From contig MU053561.1 in assembly GCA_013239625.1 (NCBI GenBank), forward strand, positions 5,692,439 to 5,756,438: a stretch of DNA of 64,000 nucleotides, read 5' to 3'. The DNA is from Lama guanicoe. Lineage: Eukaryota. The notes below the pieces were generated by a model. The model had not been told where the DNA came from, searched no databases, and saw only the letters and a program-made list of their open reading frames with translations. Made by a program: the position numbers and the translations under genes. Numbering within the stretch: position 1 is the stretch's first letter; every line of letters begins with the position of its first letter. This document shows positions 49,855 to 62,080 of this stretch, one piece after another.

Positions 49855-50830
49855 AAACACTAGGTTCTGAGCTAAGGATGGGCACATAGTGGTGGATGTA
49901 GCAGATCTGGACCCTCCCAGGTATGGAGATGAAAACACTGATATCAAATAAACCAAACCATACAAGATGCTGTGGGAGAGAATAAAGGGACAGAACTTCT
50001 TATACAAAATAATATTTCAGGTGAGACCCAAAGGATAAGAGTTAATCAGATGAAGAATTTAAAAAAGAACATGCCAAGCACAAAGAACAGCATGAGTAAA
50101 GGCCCTGAGGTGGTAAGGGCTTGGCGCCTAACAGGTATTCAGTAAATATCTACTGAATGAATTTTTAAAATAAATACTACAATTTGGACAGGGCCAGGGT
50201 GCTATGGGAGGATGTAGGAGAGGCACTTGAACCCTTGCCAAGGGCAGCAGGAATGAAGGAATGAGGAATGAGAAAAAGTTAGTCAGGTTCAAATTGACTT
50301 TTTTTTTCTTCAAATTTTCTTGACTTTCAGGAGGAGAAAACAGCATGTGCAAAGGCCCTGGGATTAGAGAGAGGTCAGAAAGTAGTTCTGTACCATAATG
50401 GACTGGATTCGGAGAGGGAAGTTTGGCTGAGGAGAGGTGGAGAGTAGACAGAGGAGAATTGGGGTAAAACTGGCAAGAAATGAGGCTGGACATATAAACC
50501 AGAACCAGACCATGAAAAGCCTCATAAGCTGGGGTAAGATGTTTGTACTTTATATTGGATGCTTTGGTGAGGTGATTTTAGGAAAGGAAACAACATGCTC
50601 AGATCAGCACATCAGAAAGATTTGGTTGTAGGGTGGAGAAAGGACTGGATGAGGGGGCAATGCAGGAAGACCAGGCAGGAAGCTGTTAGAGAAATGCAGG
50701 AAAATGTGATGGCTAGAGGTAGTGGCAGTGGGAATGGGGAGAGGCAGACAGATCTGGAGACGAACGTTGTGGTACGTGATGCAGTTCCATAGGCAAGGTA
50801 AAAGAATCACGTCAGGGGCTGGTGCCTGGC
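49855..50830 (-). mobile_element. cluster of L2 fragments (at least two copies)
   Basis: aacagcatgagtaaaggccctgagg and aacagcatgtgcaaaggccctggg; aggcaggaagctgttaga..gtggcagtgggaatggggagagg. Confidence 0.7.
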
Positions 50831-50954
50831 TGGTTCCTAGTTCCTCTTCCTTCCTGAAGCTAGTCAGTTTCATGGGAGACACAGCTTTGTGGTTTGCAAT
50901 GGAGGGCTTCTTTCCAATAACAGGACCACCTGTGTCCTTGGCTACTGGTCACCC

Positions 50955-51348
50955 TGTGCTGCATATCTTCTGTTCACCCCCCTGGACCTGGTCTCTATTC
51001 TCTGAATCTTACTGGGTTTAGCCAGTAGGAGCTGACGGAAGACTAGAGGGCGCGGAGGAAAGTCAGAGTATTTATTCCCGTGGCTTCCCTGTGAGGAAGC
51101 CCCAGGCTAGTTGTGTCCCTCAGTCTCTCGCAAGACAACCTTTTCATTTCTCTCTTCTCCTTCCTGGTTTCAGTATCCACTTCGCTCCCCTTAGGACTTA
51201 GGGAGGTTACAGCTCCACTGACCAGCTGCAGAATCACCCCAAAAGGCCTGTGGTTCCCCCACGCCTCATCCACATTTTGGTAAGTTCACTTTCTGGAACT
51301 ATTGTAATGTACGTCATCTCTTTCCTGTTGGGTCCCTGGCTGAGCCCC
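50955..51348 (+). mobile_element. LTR33-type ERVL solo LTR
   Basis: gggtttagccagtagg..gagggcgcggaggaaagtcagagtatttattccc..; ends gtcatctctttcctgttgggtccctggctga. Confidence 0.65.
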
Positions 51349-51395
51349 ATGCGTGCCCTTCTGACACCAGGCTGGAGTTCACGGACAAGAAGAAG

Positions 51396-51441
51396 TTTAT
51401 TTAAATCAGGCCACGCCCCTGCAAGCCCGACAGCCAATCAG
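51396..51441 (-). promoter_or_regulatory. promoter-like motif trio (CCAAT box, KLF/SP box, TATA-like)
   Basis: cagccaatcag (CCAAT 51434-51438), ggccacgcccc (51409-51419), tttatttaaat (51396-51406). Confidence 0.3.
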
Positions 51442-52285
51442 GCCAAGACAGCACCCTCAGCCCTTTTCCAGGTGACCAACCAGCGTCTTCCTGTGCCCCT
51501 CGTATCAGGTCAAGCCCCGTCTCTGCCAGAAGCCTGGAGTTTGCCTGTGATTCCTGATTCTGACCCCGGAGACCTCCCACCCCGTTCAGCCTCTGGAGCT
51601 CCCCTCCAGTGCTGGGGAGACCTGGGGAGCCGGTTATCAAGTGTCCAGTGACCGAGATCCCCACCTGCCTCCCCTGAGAGAGCTGGCTACAACTGCCCAA
51701 CTGTTGTTTCTCGGACCATCCTCTAGGCTCCTTGCTGACCTGTAATCTTCTTTCTGTCTGTCTGTCTGTGTGTCTATGTCTCTAGTATTTTTGTCTATTT
51801 CCCCTTCCCCTACCCCGGGGCAGGGACATTGCCATGTTCACGCTTTATTCCAGCGTCCAGCCAGTGCCTGAGACCTAGTGTTACTCGATGGCTTTTTATT
51901 GACCAACAGACTAACCGACTGGACTTCTGTCATCTGTCGACCGTCTTCCCCTAGGCAAATAGCACATCACTGATGAGGCTGCAAGGTTTCCCGTCTACAA
52001 TCCTTTCAAACTGTCTCGCCTCCCGGAGAGGAGCCTCTTCGGCCTCATGCATATTTCCAGCAACTCCATTTGTGGTATTCTTATGGGACACTTCCTGGGA
52101 CCAATTAATATCTTCATTGGCCCTCAGCACTGATAAGTTCACAAGACCTGACTTCACAAAAAATTGAAAAGAAAATTTTATTTTATTATTATCTAACAAA
52201 CATTAATATACACTAAAATTTTTAAAAGCAACTTTCCAGATTTTCTACCTGCAAAAATATGAATAATCTCATCACAGCTGAACTT

Positions 52286-52417
52286 AATCTTTTAATTGGG
52301 AGTGATTCCTCTGCTTCATTTTGCTTACATTTCTGTGACTCTGGGTTTAGTCTCCTAAATATATATATATATTTATATATAACATATTTATATATATATA
52401 AGTAATATAAGTAAATT
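52286..52417 (-). mobile_element. 132-bp TSD-flanked insertion containing the L1 5'UTR/ORF1 start
   Basis: Minus strand reads aaaATGAAGCAGAGGAATCACTCCCAATTAAAAG (MKQRNHSQLK); TSD atcacagctgaactt/atcatagctgaactt. Confidence 0.65.
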
Positions 52418-52667
52418 ATCATAGCTGAACTTGTCCTTTCTATCTCTCAGTTTGCTAGTGCCCAGACATATGTTTCATCTTTTCGGCACTAGTTTCCATA
52501 ATTCAGGGCAATTCCATTCATTGTGTGTGGATTTTACCTGTTTGAATTGACAAAGTCAAGCCAAGGTGGGGGTGGGGGAAGATAAATCTCCCCCTGTTTT
52601 TTTCATCTTGGGAGGATGGAGGTGGCAAGCGACAGTAAGGGGGAGTCAATTCCCCACTGCCATTACA

Positions 52668-52862
52668 CATGTTTTTCAACCTTGGCACTACTACTGGGAA
52701 AAGTCTTTGCATGAGAATAACCTACTCATTGCAGGCCATTTATCATTTCTAATTTCCAAGTGCTAAAGGCTAATAACACCCTTCAGTCATTGTGACAATT
52801 TTTTTTAAAAGCTTCCAAAATCTTCCTAGGGAACAGTACTACCTCAGGTTAGGAAGCATGGT
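52668..52862. mobile_element. MER20-related hAT-Charlie MITE
   Basis: gtttttcaaccttggcacta..cattgcagg..cagtcattgtgacaa..ttccaaa..cctaggg..ggttaggaagcatgg. Confidence 0.55.
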
Positions 52863-53944
52863 GACCTGGGTGGTTGACTGCAGGTTGAAAGAATGGTCCT
52901 ACCTTCCCCTGTTCTTCCCATCCTTTCTATTCTTCCTAACAACTTGCTGAGCCAAGGTCAGCAGAAGAACCACTGGCAATGGAGTGTTTAAAGATGGAGT
53001 CAGGTCTGGGGAGGAGAGCAGGGGCCCAGGTGGGGCCTCAGACTTGGTCAGGAAAAGGACATTCCTGGAAGACAGGCGTGAGGGCACAGTGGGTGTAAAA
53101 AAAAAAAAAAGGATGTTTTGAGGGGAAGGGTTTGCTTCCCTAGCAAGTTTCCCAAAACCGCAAAATAACTCTGACCCTGTCTTGTTTCTGCAGATGCAGT
53201 TAGAGGGATTTCAGAAGCTCTCAAGGCTCTTATAGAATGCAGAATTTCTGTCATTGAACTCAAAATGTCTACCCTAGAACACAGAGCTCTAGCCTGGACA
53301 GGGCATTTGAGGGCAGGCTCAGAAAAAGGAGGTAATACTACCAGAGTCCAGAAAACCCAAATGCCTCCTTCATTCCAAGCACGGAGGTCAGTAATAAAAA
53401 AGCATTTATCACCGATTAATCCACAGCCTAAATGCAAAGGTGAGATAGAAAAATAAAAGCAACCCTAAACTATATGATGCACACTCTTCTTTTTTACAAC
53501 CCTGGCAAAAACAAGCAGGAGACATATCCCATTTACAAGGACAGCAAAAGCTCGGTCTCCTCTCTGACCCAAGCCCTCTCCATGCATCATAAATATTTCC
53601 ATAGTCGTAAATATCACTGATGAGGAAGCAGAAGGCTCTTAATTGGCTCCAACTCATTTCATGGTGGAGGAAGCTAGGAAGGATGCACTGAATAAGAATA
53701 AGACAGGGTGAGAGATCTCCGGGGAGGAAATTAAAATAGAATCTTCTACCAAAATGATGCTCTGTCTCTGCACTGACTTAAGCCAGGAAGGAACTAGTTG
53801 CAGACCCGCTGTGGGAAGCATCTCCTCCCACTGGCCCAGGGCCTTTTCCATCTCAGAAATGCCAGCTCCCTTCAAGTTTTCGTGGTGGTTGATTTCATTG
53901 ATAATGGGCCACCATAAGGGAAGAAGGGAGGTAAATAGCATTTC

Positions 53945-54632
53945 TTGAAAATCCATAGCAGGATAATGGATAAATAAATGGTAGTACAGTCATACAATGG
54001 AATACTCTTCAACAACAATAATGGACCACTAATCACACACATTATAGATGAGTTTCAGAAACATTATGCTAAGTGGAAGGAGCCTTCCATTGAAAAGTAC
54101 ATACTATATGATTCCATTTATATGATGCTTTATAATCGGTAATTTAGGGTAAGGAAAAAATCCAAACAATGGTCGCCCCTATGGGTGGGCGGAGAGATGA
54201 AATGAGAAGGGGTGTGAGGGAAATACCTGTGATGATGTAAATATTGTATACGTCTTGATGGGAGTTCGGATTACACAGGTATTTGCATTTGTCAAAACTC
54301 AGCGAATGTACTAAGATCCATGGATTCCATTGTCTCTATATTTTGTATCAAAGGAAAAATATAAACAGAGATTGAACTTGAGTTGATGATATGCATGCTG
54401 GAGTATTCAGGGGAAAGTGTTCTGATGGCTGCAGTTTACACTGAAATGCATCACTAAAATAACATAGATTCATGGGTGGACAGAGAGATGGAGAGATGTG
54501 TGAAAAAGCAGTTTTGGTAAGATGTTAATGGTAGAATTGAAGGGGTTAATAGACAGTTGTTAATAAACAGTTGTATAAAATTCCTTCCACTTTGCTGTGT
54601 GTTTGAAAAATTTCATGATACAATGGAAGAAA
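53945..54632 (+). mobile_element. L1ME2/ME3-type 3' end
   Basis: ggataaataaatggtagtacagtcatacaatggaatact..tacatactatatgattccattta..atttgtcaaaactcagcgaat..gtttgaaaaatttcatgata. Confidence 0.8.
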
Positions 54633-55049
54633 TAAGGGTCTGTGATTTAAAAAAAATAATAATCATTTACGTACCTAGGTGTGCCAAATACTTAACATAC
54701 ACTGTTTCAATCCTCATACCATCCTGATTTTACAGACCAGAAGGTTACCATTCAGAGAAACACGACTTCAGGGTGAGGGTCACCTCTCTGCCCTTTTTTC
54801 ACACTTGCCCTCCAGATGCAATGTTTGGCACTTGCATTTTGGGTTAAGAAACACCTTCATCTGCAGCTCCTGCCCCTCGCCTTTCATCCCCAGCACTGGC
54901 TTTTGATTAATCTCGAAAGTGAACAGGAGTCCTCAACCACCAATCAATGACATCACAAATATTAACTGAACACCTACTACATGTAGGGAATTTAAAAAAA
55001 TAATAATAAAACAGTCACTGCCTTCAAGAGGCTTCCAGAGTATTTATCC

Positions 55050-55220
55050 TAACCTGGAGAACTTGACTCTGTGTGACCCAGCCTGTGACTTCGGCACCAA
55101 TTAGCTGTGTGACCTTGAACAAGTTATTGTCAACTCTTGGGTTTCACTCCCTTCATCTAGGAATAAGGGCTGAACTAGACCATCCCTCAGGTCCCTGGCA
55201 ATCCTCATGTTTCTGTGACT
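55050..55220 (+). mobile_element. MIR3/MIRc SINE
   Basis: caccaattagctgtgtgaccttgaacaagttat..ttcatctaggaataagggctgaactaga. Confidence 0.65.
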
Positions 55221-56986
55221 TTTGAGCCATGGTAATTTTAAGAGTCAAGAGCGGGTCCAGATAGTGTTTGCTAATGGAATACTGATGAGGAAAATCCCTG
55301 AGGCCGGAGATGTCTTCAGGGAGTGGGGTCTAAGCAGTGCCCACGTGGATGGGGGAGGAGATGGTGTACCAGCAGAGGAGATGCAAATGCAGGGCCAGGC
55401 AGGGGACACATGGAGACCGTGAAGAGGGTGGCTGGAGAGGAGGGTTAGTGTCCAGGAGCAGAGACCACACTGAGGAAGAAAGTTTGGACTTGAACGTCTG
55501 AGAAGTGGGATCCCACCAGAGGTGTTAACCATGGGAAGTGTGTGACGAGATGGCATCTGGGAAAGACTAACCTACTTATTTGCAGTCATGGAAGAAAACA
55601 GCAGCATTAATAATCACCAATGACATGACAGACCCCAGAAGACCCTTGATCTGTGGTTTTCAAGCTATGATCTTGAGAACATAAGGGTTCCTGGGAAGCA
55701 GGGGAAGCCGGGGAAGCCGAGGGGAGGCAGGGTCCAGCACTATTCCCGCCGTCACTGCAGCAGCACTGCTTCCACTGGTATAATACATGGGAGCTCCAGA
55801 TCAAATCTGTTTTGAAATAAACATTCAACAGGCTTCAGTTGAACAACATCGATTAATTACACAAATAAGCAGCCAGACAAATGTGTCAGGAGGAGGTTGT
55901 TGGAGGATAAATAATTTGCTGGGCATACACCTCACACAGGCAATTGAGATGACTCTGTATATCCACCTGTGAGGTGCCAGCTCTGACAAAGGCAGAGGAA
56001 GAGGGCAGATTTGGGAATGGCTGTGCCTACGCCCCCAGGAAGTTATGGAAGCATTCGCACTCCACGCGACACGCATGTGCAGTGGATTGTTGACTATTGA
56101 GCCCTGGGGGCCTGACTCAGGCTCTCTGTCCTGACTTGACTCCCTCAGCCGGTCCCAGGGCCTTACTTGCTTGCCTCCCCTCCTGGGAGCTGCCCCCAAG
56201 TATTCTGGAGTGGGACGGTGTCTCTCCCCCTGCCCCTCCTCAGCTCCTTGTGATTTGTTACCCTAAACAAGCATCCAAGAGTTTTCTATTCTGTAAAACT
56301 AGACCAGGGTAATGATAGCCACAAACCCTGGGAAGTTACACAGGTTCTAGGTTCTTGCAGATCTGTTTTGGTTGAATGGCCTGCCTTTTGTCTTTATCAT
56401 GGGAGATAATAATGGAGAAATTCTACCCTCTGCATTTATATTTAAATGGTTTCATTGGTGCTCTTTGATTTCAGACCTGACTCTTAGATGCCCTTGGGCA
56501 TAGCATTAACCCTCTCCTTGTTTCAGGGGCTCCCTGACCCTCTGTCCTACGGGAAAAGGGCCTTCCTCATAGCTGTGTTTTCACCCCACTACTTTATGCA
56601 TGACCTTATGTCACGCACTCTGGTTATCCAATACTGCCTGACAAATCATCCAAAGCTTAATGGCTTCAAAAAAACCAATCATTTATTATCTCTCATGGTT
56701 TCTGTTGGTCAGGAATTTGGGAAGGACCCAGCTGGGCAGTTTGGGCCCAAGGTCTCTCATGAGGCTGCTGCCGTGTGTCAGCTGGGGCTACAATCATCCA
56801 AAGGCTTGACTGGGGTGGGAGGATTCACTTTCAAGGTGGCTCACTCACATGACTGCCAAAATGCTGCTGATTCTTGTCGGGGGACTTAGTTCCTCTCTAG
56901 GTGGGCCTCTCTGTGTTGCTGCTTGAATAACCTCATGGCACCGTAGCTGGCCTCCCCCAGAGCAAGAAATCCAAAAGACCAAGCCG

Positions 56987-58696
56987 ATGGCCACACTACC
57001 CAAAGCAATCTACAGATTTCATGTGATCTCTATTAAATCAGCCACTGTGTTTTTCACAGAACTAGAACAAATAATCCTAAAATTTATATGAAATCACAAA
57101 AGACCCAGAATTGCCAAAGCAATACTGAGGAAAAAGAATAAAGCTGGAGGCATAAGCCTCCCAGATTTCAGACAATATTACAAAGCTACAGCAATCAAAA
57201 CAGCATGGTACTGGCACAGAAACAGACATATGGCACAACGGAACAGAAGAGAGAGCCCAGAGATAAACCCACACACCTATGGTCAATTGATCTTCAACAA
57301 AGTAGGCAAGAATATGCAATGGAGAAAAGACAATCTCTTCAGCAAGTGGTGTTGGGAAAGCTGGACAGCCATGTGTAAATCTATGAAGTTAGAACACTCT
57401 CACACACCATATACAAAAATAAACTCAAAATTGTTTAAAGACTTAAACATGAGACAGGACACTATAAATGTCCTAGAAGAGAACATAGGCAAAACATTCT
57501 CTGACATAAATCGTAGCAATGTTTTCCTAGGTCATTCTCCCAAGGCAATGGAAATAAAAGCAAACATAAACAAAAGGGACCTAATAAAATTTATAAGCTT
57601 TTGAGCAGCAAAGGAAACCATAAACAAAATGAAAAGACAACCTATGGACTGGGAGAAAATATTTGTGTACAATGTGACTGACAAGGGCTTAACTTCCAGA
57701 ATATATAAACAGCTCATACAACTCAATAGTAAAAACAAAAAACAAAACAGAACAAAAAAACCAAACAACCCAACCCAAAAAGGGGCAGAAGAGCTAAACA
57801 GATATTTCTCCAATGAAGATATACGGATAGCCAATAGGCACATGAAAAGATGCTCAATATCACTATCAGAGAAGTGCAAATCAAAACTACAATGGGGTAT
57901 CAACTCACAACAGTCAGAAGGGCCATCATTAAAAAGTCCACAAATGATAAATGCTGGAGAGACTGTGGAGAAAAGGGAAGCCTCCTGCACCACTGGTGGG
58001 AATGTAATTTGGTGCAACCATTATGGAAAACAGTATGGAGACTCCTAAAAAATCTAAAAATAGACTTATCATATGACCCAGCAATCTCACTCCTGGGCAT
58101 ATATCTGGAGAAAACTCTAATTTGAAAAGATACATGCACCCCAATGTTCATAGCAGCACTATTTACAATAGCCAAGACATGAAAGCAACCTAAATGTCCA
58201 TCAACAGATGACCGAATAAAGAAGTTTTGGTATATTTATACAATGGAAGACTAGTGAGCCATAAAAAAGAATAAAATAATGCTATTTGCAGCAACATAGA
58301 TGGACCTGTAGATTATCATATTAAGTGAAGTAAGTCAGACAGAGAAAGACAAATATCACATGATATCACTTATATGTGGAATCTAAAAAAAATGACACAA
58401 ATGAACTTACTTACAAAAAGAAAGAGACTCACAGACATGGAAAACAAACTTATGGTGACCAAGAAAGAAGTAGGGGAGGAATAATTTAGAAGTTTGGGAT
58501 TAGCAGACACAAACTACTATATATAAAATAGATAAATAACAAGGTCCTACTATATAGCACAAGGAACTATATTCAATATCTTGTAATAACTTATAATGAA
58601 AAAAATACATTATATATATGTATAACTGAATCACTATGCTATATACCAGAAACTAACACAATATTGTAAATCAATAATACTTCAATTTTTTAAAAA
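56987..58696 (+). mobile_element. 5'-truncated L1, ~1.7 kb (frameshifted ORF2 C-terminal half + 3'UTR)
   Basis: ORF2 peptides [59 protein letters not shown]. Confidence 0.95.
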
Positions 58697-59057
58697 TTGT
58701 AATAGTTTGTTATTATAGGAAATTTGGAAAATATAGAAAGAATATTCCAACCATCTGATAACTACTACAACATCCAGTAACCACTTGTTATTTAAAAAAA
58801 TCAATTATTAGAAAAGACAAATGACTCAAGTCTTATTTGAGAATATAGTGAAAATTCCAGACGCTGGAATCAGACAGACCTGTGTTTGAACTCTTACCTC
58901 GGCCACTTCCTAGCCATGTGATCTTAGACAAGATGTTAAACACTTTAAACCTGGGCTGCTTCTTCTGAAGAATGGACATCATAGCAGCCCCTGATTCATA
59001 GGAACTGGCATTTAAAGTGTTCAATAAATATTATTGCTTGTATTTAAAAAAAAAAAA
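58697..59057 (+). other. L1 3'-transduced segment containing a MIR, with its own AATAAA and polyA
   Basis: MIR core 58845-59035; AATAAA 59023-59028; A12 59046-59057; host LTR resumes afterwards. Confidence 0.75.
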
Positions 59058-59489
59058 GTGTAAGCCGGCTGCTGCAGTGATTTTCATGGCCTAGCCTTGA
59101 ATGTCATACACTCCCCCTCCTACCTTATTTTACTAGTCACACAGTGACAGCGCTGATTCAGTGTGGAAAAGGACCACTCAAGGAGGCAAGGATCACTGGA
59201 AGTTGTCTTGGAGGCTGGCCCACCACCCCAAAGAAGGGTCAGAAGAAGAGGGATGGCATCAAGTCATTTACAACTTAGTAGGGGGAGAGCTCATACATAC
59301 CTGCAATAGTCAGAGGAGTAAGAAGGAGGAGGAGGGGGAGAAAGAGAAAAGGCAGCCAGCACATGCCCTGGAATGCAAATGAGACACGAAGTGAGCAAGG
59401 CAGACACAGTCCCTGCCCTCTTGAGGTCTGCAATCTAGCGAGAATGACAGTTTCCACGTTTTATATAAATAAGTATAAATAATTGCACT

Positions 59490-59850
59490 TGGAACGAAAT
59501 CCAGTCTCCGTACCTTGCCCCTACCTGTTCTTTTCCTCTACTACTCGTCTCCTCTCTCGTTGAGTGTCAGCCACACTGGCCGTTCCTCCATTCCTCCAAC
59601 AGACCAAGCTCCCTCCTCCCTTGGGGCCTTGCACTTGCTGTTCCGTGGAAAGCTCTCCAGGGCTTTGCACGGCCAGCTCTTTCTCGCCGTTCAGGCCTCT
59701 GCACTTAGTTGTCACTTGATCTTTCTTGGTTTTGTCATCGACCTCCTCCAACTAGAATGTACGCTGTGTGAGAACAGAGACTTTGTTCAATCCCCCTCAC
59801 TGCTGTGCCTCCAGACCTGGACAGCTCTTGTGACACAGTAAGCGATGAAC
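59490..59850 (+). mobile_element. L2 fragment
   Basis: cagccacactggccgttcctc..ggggccttgcacttgctgttcc..actagaatgtacgctgtgtgagaacagagactttgt. Confidence 0.65.
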
Positions 59851-61162
59851 TTGGCTTGTAATTTCCTGACCAGCCTCTAAAATTGTATACCATCGTCCTT
59901 CTCGAGTGCTGTGAGCGTGAGCTCCAGCCCAGTCACTTGGCCATCTTGCAGTCGAAACCAAGGTTGGTGAATTGCAGACTGAGTCTAGGATCTAACCTTG
60001 CTGACCCCTATACTCTGAGCAAATAGCATACCTCGGCCACACCTGATCACCCACCACCTCTAGATTCAGCTGATCTAACCCGGGCCAGTTGTCTCTTTTG
60101 TGTCTTCCCTTGGAGATGGGCCCTCAATTTCTGTTTGCCTTTGCTTGGTTTCCTGACCAACTTCCCTCTGTCCCCCAGGGGAGGGGCGCTTCCAGCCTGT
60201 TTTACTGCGCTTTTGTTTTTGGCTTTCCTGGGCTGAAATATTGAAAACCGTTGCTCATTAACATCCCAGCTTTCCTGCCTTTCAGGAGCAACAACGTGAC
60301 AAACAGAGACCCCACGTATATTTATTCTGAAAATATGTTTTTTAATTTGGAAGCAAATGGACGCTGCCGGTCTGCAGGTCATTTCACCTGCTGTGACATG
60401 TGATTAGTGAGGCCTTTCCTCTCTGGGTGGTAGTGCCAGCTAATGGACTCATGCTCCCTCTGTACGTTTATTTATCTTCAGTTAATTAAAATTTTGCCAA
60501 GTCTTCCTCACTGCCCTTGGGCACAGCAAAACTTGCGCATTGGCTTGTGGCACTGATCGGGGCTGGCAGGCTGGGTGGGGGTGGCCATTCTGTTAAATAT
60601 TAATCTAAGAGGGCAGTCAGGCCTGTGGGCTTTCACCCCTGGGGTTCTCCCGCTGGGTAGTCACAGATCGATGCCAGAGCTCAGTGCCTATGGCAACTCT
60701 CCCTGCCAGGCCTGAGTCAGCATCATATGCAGGTTCGGAACTATTATTTGACGATAAATCTGTGCAGAATTCTGGGAGATGTCTCTTAAAAACTGGAATG
60801 AATTACACACACATCCGCCTTGGAAGGGGATGTGAACCATCATGTGCAACTGTACCTTCTAAATGATGAATGAGCCAATTTTCCCGCATTAATTTTGAAG
60901 TTATGGGTCAGGTTAGGACCAGTAAAGTCCCCTGTACTTCAGATGTTCTGAAATGGTGCTTGCCCTAGGGCTGGGGGAGGAGACTAGGGACTGAGCTGGC
61001 ACCCAAGGCCTCCCTGTCCCACTTTTGGAAACGTGGGAGTTGTTGCCTACAGGTTCACCCCCCACCAGCCTCCTCCCTTCAGTCACTTTTCGTCATGTCC
61101 CAGCTTTTGCATCATTTCAGCAGATACCTTTGCTGACAAACTTGGAAGATAGGAGAGTGCTC

Positions 61163-61605
61163 TGTTGTGGGTTGAGCTGTGTCCCTCCAAAAGACAAGCT
61201 GAAGTCCTAACTCCCAGGACTTGGGAATGTGACCTTACTTGAAAATAGGGTCCTTGCACATGTGATTAGTTAAGACAGTCATTCTGGACTGGATGGGCCT
61301 GATCCAGTGACCGGTGTCCTTATGAGAAGAAGTCACAGAGACGCACAGGGAGACTATCATGTGCTGTCAGAGGCAGAGACTGGAGTGATGGCACCTGCCA
61401 GCCAAGGTGCGCCAAGGACCGCCAGCAACACCAGAAGCTCAGAAGAGACAAGGAAGGATCCTCCCTAGAGCCTTCAGAGGAAGCATGGCCCTGCTGACAC
61501 TTGATTTTGGACTTCCAGACTCTAGAACTCAGAGGATAAATTTCTGTGGTTTGATGTCACCGAGTTTGCGGTACTGTGTGCCAGCAGCCCTGGGAAATGT
61601 ACACA
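61163..61605 (+). mobile_element. MLT1C MaLR solo LTR, full length
   Basis: tgttgtgggttgagctgtgtccctccaaaag..gaatgtgaccttacttgaaaatagggtc..gagccttcagaggaagcatggccctgctgacac..cagcagccctgggaaatgtacaca. Confidence 0.9.
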
Positions 61606-62057
61606 CACTTCACTCCCGGCCGCACTGCTGACTGCCTCAGCCAGCTTGCCTCTGCCAAGCCTCTGGAATGACTTGGTCACCTTGGTCCCCTTCCCTTCCT
61701 GAGAGGTCTTACACAGTGAAATCTCAACTTGCTAGAAGGCTTCTGAAGTGAGAAGTCAGACTGGGAGAAAACCTCATCCCAGCTCAAGTCTTGCAGATGA
61801 GTTTTGAAACATTTCAGTCCATATTCTTGCCTAGCAGAGGTCAGTGAACACAATAAGATGGCTCTTTGACAATGGAGGATGTCCCTCTGCCTCAGGGATC
61901 ATCACTCTAAATTCAAGTCTCCCTGGTTGGGATCACAGATAGACAGCAAGTAAGATGCTGGCATAAAAATCATAATGACTCCAGCACTTATCCTAGAAAT
62001 TGAATTTTTATTTTCACATCCCTGACTAGTTCTTTGTTTCTTCTGAATGTTGAATGT

Positions 62058-62080
62058 ACAACAACAACAACAACAACAAA
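62058..62080. repeat. (CAA)n microsatellite
   Basis: acaacaacaacaacaacaacaaa. Confidence 0.9.

Larger units (their letters stand above)
56612..59226 (-). mobile_element. MLT1F/G/H-type MaLR solo LTR split by an L1 (56612-56986 and 59054-59226)
   Basis: atttattatctctcatggtttctgttggtcaggaatttgg..caaggtggctcactcacatg..ccccagagcaag | ttttcatggcctagcctt..gattcagtgtggaaaagg..tcttggaggctggc. Confidence 0.8.

Noticed and set aside
57230..58125. Reverse-transcriptase-related gene cluster
   Set aside because: Frameshifted pieces of one L1 ORF2
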